A stretch of 64,000 nt of DNA, taken from Camelus dromedarius. Taxonomy: Eukaryota. This document shows positions 54,032 to 64,000 of the stretch, piece after piece; position 1 is the stretch's first letter, and each line of letters starts with the position of its first letter. The notes under the pieces are model-generated. The model made no database searches. It was not told the DNA's origin and was given only the letters and a program-made list of their open reading frames with translations. The stretch is from contig NC_087447.1 of the NCBI RefSeq assembly GCF_036321535.1, forward strand, positions 38,194,001 to 38,258,000, read 5' to 3'. The translations under genes were made by a program, and so were the position numbers.

Positions 54032-57000
54032 CCTCTCATCTTGGTTGTTTTTAAACTTAAATTGTCACATTTGAAATCTCTCACTGAATGTCTTGAAAAG
54101 TATTTCCAAAGAGGTTATCTGAAGGAAAACATAGCTTCTAATTATCTTGTTCTCTCACGTGCCCTCTAGCACATGACAAGCAGTGGACCAAAATTGTGTT
54201 TGCCCCTAATATTTTCATCTTTGTGTTGGAAACTTGCAAAGGCTTGAATCTAGATATTTCAAATAACCTGAACATAGTAGTCAAGGAAGTAGAATTATAA
54301 TGATAAAGTCATGATAAAATCCAAGCAGAATTTATCAAACTTACAAATTTACACATTTTTCAGGAACTCATTGCCAGTCATTGATTCTGTTTTGTCTGGA
54401 TTGTTCTATTACCTGTAAAGCATTGTTGATGTATGCAATGATTTGAATATTTCATTTTAAATATATTTTGTAAAACTGAGTGGAAAGCAGAAAATTAAAA
54501 TGCTAATACTTATGATTATTCAAGTAAGACAAAGATGGAAATTAGTAGGCATGCTAAAAGCAGCAACTATTTGGCCTTAATTAACTTCTAATTAGACTTA
54601 TGCTGGTCAACTGTTTAATTACAAATGCAAGAAACAAATTTTAAGTATTTGTTCAAAACACAGAGATATAGTGACAGACGTAGATCAATAAAATTATGAA
54701 TTGGAAATCAGTATCATGAAATATTCCAGAAACTCAAAAGCAAAGAGAAACTTTAATTCCATAGCTCCATCAACAGGGAGCCAGTCTGTGGCTTGATTCC
54801 ACTATGAGGGGGAAAAGAAGATGGATGTTTAACTTTCTCTTGAGAAAGTCATTGCATGATCTCATGTTTGATTTCCTATAAATCCCCTGAAAAATCACCC
54901 TGGCAAGTCCTTCCCCACATTAAAATACATTTCTTCTGACTACTCTCCTTTCCAGTAAGCTGAGAGAGCTAGAATTTGAAGACATTACTTTAGGAAATAC
55001 ATTTTTATATATATTTGGTGTTATATATGGAATATCTGCTATGGTGTTAGAACCCTTGACAAAGTCCTTATAGTGAGAGAGGGGGGTTAGTCAGCTTCAT
55101 CTCCATGTCCCTACTTGATGCTTCTGCTCCTCCATTCCCACTTGCCATCAGGCTGCTTCCCATCCTCCAGGGTTAAAATAGAGAGGTAATTAAGAACTAA
55201 AGGGCAGGAAATATCTTACCTGACTGGCACCAAGGAACTCTGGCATTGGTTTTCTCCAGCTGTGGCAAATGTTTAAAGCTCTCTTTTTCTGGCTGATGTT
55301 CAAAGCTGACTATTCTTCTCACGGGTGGTTTCATGAGTACTTTGGAAGCTCCCACATTGAACTGCCTGTCCTATGGGTAAAATATTTACCTCCATCTGGG
55401 CACTTATGTTTCCTCCCACAGCAGTGGGAATCAGGTGAACCAACCCTCTGTTTGGGTCACTTCACCTTTCTGAGCAGAACTCTTGAGTGAAATTTGAAAT
55501 GGCTCCAGGTTGGCTCTCTGCAGCTGAGCCCACACCTAATCCATGAGAAACACTCATAATCTTTGTCCCTGCTTTCAGTGTACATGCAACTAGCCCTCGA
55601 TGCAGGTACAATCTTTCTCTTTCTCTGCACTTTAGACCAACAGCTGCAGCTTCTTGTCTTGGCTATCCAAGTTTGTTTATTTAACTTTATCAGCACCTCA
55701 TCCATTGTATCACCAACAGTCATTTTTAGTACCTGTCTAAATATGGCTACTCCAAGTTTATAAGCATGATTTCCCATTCTCCCCTCCAAGAAAAGGGTCA
55801 CTTTGCAAGCATTTTGTAGATTATAAACTTATAAGATAGTGACAATCATATCTATAAAATATAGAATAATTGTATTAATAAATTATAGTTATAGTATATG
55901 ACTATATATAAATAAGTATATAACTATAATTATAATTATACAATAATTAGATATAAAATTATAAACAAGTTTCTATAGCTATCATTCTTTCATGCCTTTG
56001 AAGAGTGCTGAAAAGCCTGTCACAGAGCTCTCTGCCTATTGAATGAACCAAGTCAAGAAAGAGAGTATGAAACAAGATCCACTCTTTTCTCTCAAACAAA
56101 TGCCCCAGAGAGGTAGTGATGAATAGGACAACTTTCCTTGCTACTCTCAAATAGCTTGGTGATAGTCCAGCCTTTTCATTGCACAAGACAACTTTACCCA
56201 AGTGCCCATTTCTGGGAAACCATCTTCATCATAGTAACTAAGATTTCCTGTCCAATAAACGTTTAGTGGTTCATGGGTTGCTCCATTCTGCTGGCTGCTC
56301 TGCCTCTGGTAGAATGTATCTAAATGACAGATGTGCCCACATAGGTGGTCTCCTTGAGAGTGAGGTAGGACCCACTTACTTAACTGTGCTGTTCTGGGTG
56401 TGACGCATGAAACTATGCATCCATAGTGAGCAACCAGTGCTCTCTACTGACAGCAAGAGGCTTTACTAAAATTTGGGTAGAAGTGAAATTTGGGGAATGG
56501 TGACAGGTGAGGGTGAGGATCAGTTTCATTATCTTTTTCTGACCGCAAGCCCCTCACAGGATATTCCCAGGCTTGAAGTTACTTCACACAAATTTTGACA
56601 AGTCTTATTTAGCATAATGGTTACATGCACAAATGCTGGGAGGTAGACAACTGGGAGTTTAATCCTTACTCTTCTACTTACTAAATGTGAGGGCTTAGAC
56701 AAGTTACCCGAGCAAGTACATGGGATAAGAGTAGGAGTACTCACTTCCGCTCCTTAAAGGCATCAAAAAATCCACTGAAATCACTCTGAAGCCCATGGCT
56801 GTCTGATTGCCCTGAAGGGAGCATGTAGACAGGATTATCTGGCCAAAGAGATCCCCTCCCTGCTCTATTTTTATTGAGTTTCCATTCCTTCAGACTAACC
56901 AACAACTCAAGAGCTGAGTCTAACAGGATGTGCATCTTCTCCAGCCTTTGTGTCTGGAGGTTCTTAGGCAAGAACACAGGCAGCTAGTCTCATGCTTTGA

Positions 57001-58469
57001 GGTGGAGGGTCAACAGCTGTTGTGGGGACTTTCACAAGACCCGGCACGGCCGTGTACCTGGGGGCATCCAGAGATGAGAACCTAGCCTAGGAACAGGAGG
57101 AACCCCTAAAATCCTCGGCTACAGCTGTTTGGGGATCTTGACTCAGGCTTACACCATTGATCTCACAGCTACAGCCTTCATCTCTTTTCCAACAAAGTCC
57201 CACTTTCACCAGTTTAGGCAGCGCCCTTGAGCTGGCACTGACCCATCTCATTGCAACACCTTGTGCAAAACACACGCGTAACTGAGGCCCAGCCTCTTGT
57301 TTCTGAATCAGTCAACTGACTGTCACCTGAAATAGGGAGTCAGAGCTGAAACTCTGAAACGGAATAATGCATGGCATAATGCTATTCACTGGAAATGAGT
57401 GATTTCTTTCTTTATCGAAAATTTAATTCCCCCTAGATAGCTGGTTTTGTTTTTTTAAGCAGCATGTAAGAGAACTAAACAGAGAATATTCCATTATTCT
57501 GTTCTTCCATTCTCATTATTAATGTTCACTTTGTCTGGTCCCAGGCATCACAAGCAGACCCAACAATACTTCTTCCTATGTGTCTCTTTTCCATAAACCA
57601 GCAAACCTTTCCCAGAAGCCTCCAAGTAGACTTGCCTTTATGTCTCACTGACCAGAATTGCACAAGGAGACCTACTCATTTCCCCACTGTTCATGGGCGA
57701 GGAGAGTGATCAGCTTAAGGAAGCACAAGGCTAAGTGAAAGAGGGTAGGCTGCAAGGGGGAAACATGGGGTTCTGTTAGAAAGAGGAAGAGAACAGATGT
57801 TGAGTAAACAATACCAATGTTTACTCATCCTCCACTGAGGATCTGTAGGCTCCTCTGTGTTATAGACCAAACTTAACTTTCTGTTGCCTTACTTAGGCCA
57901 ACATACTGAACAGTCACAGATTTTGCTGAAAGAAAGATGATCTTTATGCCTTTCTGAAAAAATAGGACTATTTTTTGTTTGTTTGTTTGTTTCTCTCACC
58001 TAGATCTCTTCCTTCTCTATTGCTTTTTTGACAGTAACCCTGGGCTGATTACAACAGAGTTATGTCACTGACCAGTAAATAAATCTCTACCAACTTCCCA
58101 GTCAAATGGGCTAGAAATGTTATGGCAACACTTCCAAAATATATCCATAAAACTCTAGAACTATGCTACAAAAAAGGAGGATTCTGTGGTCAAGTTGTTT
58201 GGACAATGTTGCATATAATTTCCTTTTTTTTTAGACTGCAGACTGAGAGAATGACTCTGAAAAGTTCTGAAGTTAAACTAACTCAGAATGAATCCTAGAA
58301 TCAAACTGCCTGTGTTTAAATTTGGGTTCTATCACTTTCTAGCTATGTAGGCTCTTTAAATCTTTGTTTGTCATTTGAGAAAAGGGGGGTTTCATGGTGC
58401 TATTTAATTGGGGGTTGCTGTGAGAAGTAGGTGAGATAATCCATGTGAAGCCTTTAGCAGAGATTTTTT

Positions 58470-59480
58470 TCATTCATTTAACAAATATTTATTGAATACC
58501 TACTGTGTGTCAAGGTCCCAGGTCTCACGGAGCCTACATTCCAATAGAGGAGGGAGGGGACAGACAATAAACAAGTAAAGAAATAGAATGATTTCAGATG
58601 GTGATGTGTTCTATGAGTAAAATAAAACATGATGACATTACAAAGCATAATTAGGATGAGAAGGGAGGTTTTAGATGGGAGGGTAGGAGAAGGCATTTCT
58701 GAGGAAGGTATTTTATTTCAGACCTGAGATATGAGGAGACTGGAGTCCTTTACCATTCATTCAGTCATTCATTCAACAACTGTTTACTGAGCACCAGCTA
58801 TGTGTCAGGACTGTTTTAGGCACAGAGGATAGAGCAGTAAACAAAATTTGATAAGAATACCTGTCCTAATAGAGCTCACATTCTGGTGCAGGAAAACAAA
58901 AATAAAAGGGCAAATACATAGTGCACCAAATGGTAATAAGTGCCATGGGGAAATGCAGGAAAAAATACAAGAAAAAAAGGGAAAGAATATTTAATTTTAG
59001 CTTTAAAGTTTGGGGAGGGTATAGCTCAGTGGTAGAGCACATGTGTAGCATGCGCGAGGTCCTGGGTTCAATCTCCAGTACCTCCATCAAAAAAATAAAT
59101 AAACCTAATTACCTCCCCCTCCACCCAGAAACAGAAACAAAAACAAAACAAACAAACAAACAAAAAAACCCAACAAAAGGAAAAAAAAAAGTTTAAACAA
59201 GGTTGCAGGGATCCCTCACTGAAAAGGTGACACATAAATAAAGGAAGACCTGAAAGAGATGAGAAAGTGAGCCATGCAGGAATCTGGAGGAATATAATTC
59301 TAGTCAGAAAGAAACAGCAGTGCAAAGGCCCTGGGGCAAGAGCATGCCTGATGTATTCAAGGAAGAGTAAAGCGATTAGGATGCCTAAAGGAGAGTAAGC
59401 GAAAGGGAGGATGGTAAAACCAAAAACCAAAACCCAAAAACCAAACCAGGTGCCAGATTACGTCAGGATAAGCAAAAATC
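58470..59480 (-). mobile_element. L2 fragments (two adjacent 3' ends)
   Basis: cattcatttaacaaatatttattgaatacctactgtgtgtca at about 58471 and cattcattcaacaactgtttactgagcacc at about 58766; the second is interrupted by a SINE. Confidence 0.8.
59012..59187 (+). mobile_element. tRNA-derived SINE (Vic-1-like, long form)
   Basis: GGGGAGGGTATAGCTCAGTGGTAGAGC...GGTTCAATCTCC...AAACCTAATTACCTCCCCC plus an (AAAC)n tail; short TSD aaagttt. Confidence 0.93.
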
Positions 59481-60789
59481 TAGAGTAAAATATTTCCAGG
59501 CAGATGGAACAGCAACTATGAAGGTCCTGAATCAGGACCAAGGCTGGCTTATTCAAGCGAAAAAAAAGAAAAGTGATTGATAGAGCTGAAGCATACTGAG
59601 CAAGGAGAAGAGTTGAAATGAGGCCCAAGAGGGATGAGGCCCAAGAGGTCAGGTCAGAGAAGATGATGTTATAAGTACAGGCCAGTGTAATAAATATGTG
59701 TATATATTTTTTCTAAAAACATTGAAAAAAATTAGCTCTGACTGCTGTGGTTGTTATTCATGAGATACTACTCTGTTGCATAGATTGAGAAATGCTGCCT
59801 TAGAGCCCATTTTCACTCACCCTCTTGCTCATCGCCCGTAATCAATCAATCCCCAAGTGTCACGAATCATACCACAGCAGGAATCAAGCAGGAACTTGCT
59901 AAAAGTTCCTTTGTACTATTTCTTAAGCTACAGTTGTATCAAATCACTCCTCTACTCAAAATTTTCTATTGATATTTTTACTTGTAGAATCAAGTTCATG
60001 TCCAGTAGCTGGCAAGGATTTCAAAGTCTCCCTCTAGGTATTCCTCCACATATTTCTGCTAAAGGTGCTGAATGTTCAAAATGTACTCTGGGTATCCATG
60101 CTTGATCAGAGCCCTAGCATTTAGCTCATTCCATTCCTCAGACTTAGCTCCCCTTCCCTGCATTCTTTGCTTGCTGGACATCTTCTCTTCCTTCAGAGCC
60201 AGCAGAGTTCCCACTCCTCTGAAATTGTGCCTGATATCCCTGGGCAGGGTCAGCCCCTCACTCCTTTAGCCACGTACCCATCAGTGTCACTCATGCCTCA
60301 GCTTGGCGTGCCCATCAGATTGCTTTTCTGTAGCTTTAGTTGCTATCACTTCTCTCACTTCCATTAGACTGTAAACACATTGAAAGCAAGGGCTTTATTT
60401 TTGTTATGTTTTCTAGAACTAGTGCCCAGCCCAATTGCTATTGTATAGCAGGTACTCAATAAGCTGCTGATGAAATGAAATTTAAAAGGCTGGAATGTGA
60501 CAAACACCTTTATGTAAAACACTAGGACTCAAAGAGAATAGTAATATGGCCAGGCTGTCAAGGAGTTTATAAATCAAAATAACAGCTACCATTGACTGAA
60601 TCCTATCTATGGTACAGGCACCTTTCCTATAGAAGCTGTTTAACACTCAGAGCAATACAGTGCGGTAGGTGTTCTAATTCCTAGTTTACAGAATGAGGTT
60701 AAGTGGCTTGTCCAAGTTCGTAGAGTAAACAACAGGATTTAAACCTAGATCCTTTCAACTTCCAAGCCTGTGCTCTTTTCAGTATACCT

Positions 60790-61280
60790 TGTATCAATTG
60801 GGATCTAGCCAGGAAAATAAAGGGTTCTTTCAGAGAAAGGGGCTTTTTTTTTTTTAAACAGAGGATTAGTTACACAGATGAATGGAAGAGTGAAGAAACC
60901 AAACAGGGAATGGTGAAGCAATCCAGAGATTTAGGGAAATTGGGAGGCCCCTTGTTGCATGGGCGACCCTGAGAGAAGATGATGTTGTCAGAGCCCAGAA
61001 GCCTGGGCTGTCAGGCAGAGGAAGCGAGAACCACCGGGGGAACTGCCCAAGGGAGAGCTGGGGCCAGGAAGGGAGGGGCTGTCCAGTGGGACCCTGCCAG
61101 ATTCCACAGGAAGCAGGGAAAGAAAGAGCAAGAACTACCCTGGCTTCTCCCTTCCTCTGTTTCCAATTTTTAACTGTGCTTCCCATTGCTTTAACCTATC
61201 AAGAGCCAAAGAACAGGAGAGCTGTGAGAGCAGAGAAGGGAAGGGTGGGGGTTGGTGTGAGACCAGAGCAAGCATGCACT
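60790..61280 (-). mobile_element. ERVL-class LTR (LTR41-like)
   Basis: tgtatcaattggg...ccaggaaaa...ttagttacacagatg...cagggaatggtgaagcaatccagagatt. Tentative family. Confidence 0.5.
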
Positions 61281-61535
61281 CTCTCCCCCTAAGTGAAAAG
61301 AACTATGAAATGAAACAGTGTTTAATTCGGGGCAAGGAAGATTGGCAATAATATTAAGCAAATTCAAATGAAAGGGAGATTAATGGTGGCTGCAGTAGCA
61401 AGGGAGAGACTCCTCAGAAGGAGGAAGTTAAACTGACCCCTAAAGAAAGATTGAATTTCTGTAGGTGAAGAAAAGAATAGGTGCTCCTGAAGAAGGAACC
61501 ACTTAAGCATTTTACTGCAAGTAACAAATACTATT

Positions 61536-61622
61536 GGGTGGGGGGTAGCTCAGTGGCAGAGCATGTGCTTAGCATGTGCAAGGTCCGGGGTTCAATCCCC
61601 AGTACCCCCTTAAAAAAAAAAA
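61536..61622 (+). mobile_element. tRNA-derived SINE (Vic-1-like, short form)
   Basis: gtagctcagtggcagagcatgtgcttagcatg...ggttcaatccccagtacc plus poly-A; degenerate TSD ending actatt. Confidence 0.9.
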
Positions 61623-61769
61623 GAACACTATTCATTCTTTTAAAAAATCTTCCTACTTAGCAATATCTGTAATATATGTGCACATTAAAAAGAATAATGA
61701 AAAACACACACATACACACTATGCAGGCTTAGTAAGACATTGTTATCTGCAATTTACTTTAAACAATTT

Positions 61770-61985
61770 TTATGCTTTAAAAATATATACATAACACATA
61801 TACATTTACCTTTATAGCCATTTTTAAGTGTACAATTCATACAATTCAATGGCATTAGTTACTTCACAATGTTATACAACCATCACCACTATCTATTTCT
61901 GATCCTTTTTCATCACCCTAAACAAACTCTGCAGCTGTTAGGCAATAATTCTCTATTCCCCTCCTCCATATGCCCTGGTAATCAG
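61770..61985 (-). mobile_element. L1MB-like 3' UTR fragment
   Basis: ccatttttaagtgtacaattca...ggcattag...ttcacaatgttatacaaccatcaccactatcta...tttcatcaccc. Confidence 0.8.
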
Positions 61986-62219
61986 TATACCTTAAAGTAC
62001 ATTTTAAAGTAAAGTGGATTAATGGATGATTAGAGGAATGTTAATAGATAGATAAACATGTGGTACTAAAATGTTAAGAGATGGATAGACATGTATAATA
62101 AAATGTTAATGCTAATCTAGGTAGTGAATATGTGTCCTGTAAGGTTTTTTGTTTTTGTTTTTGTTTTTACTTTCTTGAACGTTTGAAATTTTTCTCAGTG
62201 AAATGTTGAGGATATTTCA

Positions 62220-62338
62220 TGCCTGGGCCCCAGTCCGAGAGATTCTGATTTAATTGGTTATGTTAGGGCTTGGACATCAGAATATTTTAAATGCTCTCTG
62301 GATGATTCCAATGTGTGGTCAGGGTTAGGCACCACTGC
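62220..62338. mobile_element. MER5-like MITE fragment
   Basis: cctgggcccc...agagattctgatttaattgg...gatgattccaatgtg...cagggtt...accactg. Confidence 0.7.
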
Positions 62339-62675
62339 ATTAAAAGGATGCCATGGGATCGCAGAGCTAGGATGAGAAGAATTAGGCATGGGATAAGCAG
62401 GAGAGGTGGAAAGAGAGGAGGAAGGTTTGGGTGCACATCAGAAGTGGGGCCTCCAGTCTGGGCTCCTAAGTGCTTTCTGTGGCTGGACAGGCAGGTGGGC
62501 CAGCTCCACAGAAAGGAGGTGAACAGCTGCTCAGTGGGCCATTGAGAACATTGGGTCATTCAGCAGTCTCCTAAGTTCTTAAAATGAGACTGAAAGTTTA
62601 TACTTATGCATTTAATTTCTCATGAGTCATCCTTTGCAAGGTTTCTTATAGCTTTAACTAAGAGTGTCCATTCTT

Positions 62676-62837
62676 CTTTTTTCCCCATGTTTTTTGTTTG
62701 TTTGTTTTTATTTTCTTTCGGCGGGGCAGGTAATTAGGTTTATTTATTTATTTTTTTAATGGAGGTACAGGGGATTGAACCCAGGACCTAGTGCATGTTA
62801 AGCATGCACTCTACCACTGAGCTATACCCTCCCCACA
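62676..62837 (-). mobile_element. tRNA-derived SINE (Vic-1-like, long form)
   Basis: Reverse complement reads ggggagggtatagctcagtggtagagtgcatgc...ggttcaatcccc...aaacctaattacc; 16-bp TSD aagagtgtccattctt at 62660-62675 and 62838-62853. Confidence 0.94.
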
Positions 62838-64000
62838 AAGAGTGTCCATTCTTTCAGAATAATGCTCTTAACATGTCAGCTCCCTTTAACCATTGGGAAG
62901 TATAAGATCCATTTTCAACATGTATACAACATATATTTTCATGGTTTACTAACTCATCTTCAAACTATTTTTAGGGAGATAAAGAGATGGGCCTGTTGAA
63001 GCAGGAAGGAAATGTTATTACCCAAGTGACCTTGGGTTTATGGGTCAGCAGGGGGAGAACAAGAGAAGGCTAGTTCTGGGTAAGATAACGACCAGATTGA
63101 ACCTAGCTCTCAGGCTTGGAAATTTGACAATTCCGAAGAAGTATTCGTAACCCATTTAACCAATAAAAGTGAGTAACTGACACTCCCTAGAGCACTAATA
63201 TCTGTACTGCCCAATTACAACATGATGCCCTCTACAGGAATACAAATATCTTCTATAACCCTTCTTCCACTCCCAGCCATTGGAGTTATGGTGGTGTGTT
63301 AGGTTGTTGTCCCTGCAGTAAATGATCCCAATCCATTTACCCACGTGAAAGGAGTCAGGAACACTAACAGCTGATCCCTTGTCATGGGACCCTAGCCTGG
63401 CTCAATACAAGTGCCAGCTGGAGGCAGCACAGGGCCCAAGGGCAGAGGCAGAATGGCACATGAGGAAGAAGACCAAAGGTCAGTCACAGAGCAGCTGTAT
63501 CACAGGTGACATCTAAGGGGAAACTGCTAGACTAAAAGCAAGAAGCAAACAGAAGTTCAGGAGCCAGAGGAATGCAAGAACACATTAGGAAGGGGGATGC
63601 AAAACCGGAAGAGAATCAGAGCTTTGGCTATGAATGAGGCTCATTCTTTTTGGGAGTTCGCCCTGTGGTGCTTGGGTGAGCAGGAAGGAGTTAGGAAATG
63701 CAGGGTGGGAAAATCTTAAAAAAAAAACAACAAAACAAACAAACAAAAAAACATTATCACACAGCCTATTAATTGATGCTCATTTTGATGACCCTGAGCC
63801 ATCCAGAAGAAGTTAACTGTAATATCTCCCATTTTAAAAGTAAGGGAAATGTATAAAACATTTTAGAAAACTCTGTGAATAATATAGTTAAAGAGAAAAA
63901 AAAAAAAAAGAGAGATCCTTTTACCCTTGACAGGATAACCTTCAGCTGCCAGGAAAATTCACATATGTGTAATCCCACATTGCCCCCATAAATCTAGGTA

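Noticed and set aside
59012..59085. tRNA gene (likewise the five other tRNA-like sequences)
   Set aside because: A and B boxes are present, but A-rich tails, TSDs on most copies and mutual divergence show they are SINE copies.
59618..59648. Tandem duplication of atgaggcccaagagg
   Set aside because: Ordinary short local duplication in L2-like sequence with no sign of function.

Overview
This is mammalian genomic DNA, most likely camelid, because it carries six copies of a tRNA-derived SINE resembling the camelid Vic-1 family. The only confidently identified protein-coding sequence is the first coding exon of PDE3B (minus strand, ATG at 23010 to the splice donor after 22030, 327 codons), inside a CpG island at about 22.1-23.8 kb. 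Bases 1-22029 are PDE3B intron 1. Bases from about 23.8 kb to the end lie upstream of PDE3B; in human this interval is spanned by the 5' introns of the long PSMA1 isoform, which is transcribed head-to-head with PDE3B. The most notable observation fits that arrangement: a consensus + strand donor in the CpG island (23669) and, about 26 kb away, an acceptor-flanked exon-like segment encoding MQLRKVT, similar to the MQLSKVK N-terminus of human long-form PSMA1. The rest is transposon-derived (L1, L2, MIR, MaLR/ERVL/ERV1 LTRs, an ERVL pol/dUTPase fossil, DNA-transposon remnants) or simple repeats. Odd retrocopies include an L1 joining the ORF1 end to the ORF2 tail and a polyadenylated LTR fragment flanked by a target-site duplication (TSD). 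Repeat family names come from visual recall of consensus sequences, and boundaries of old repeats are approximate. I see no evidence for a novel multi-gene system.
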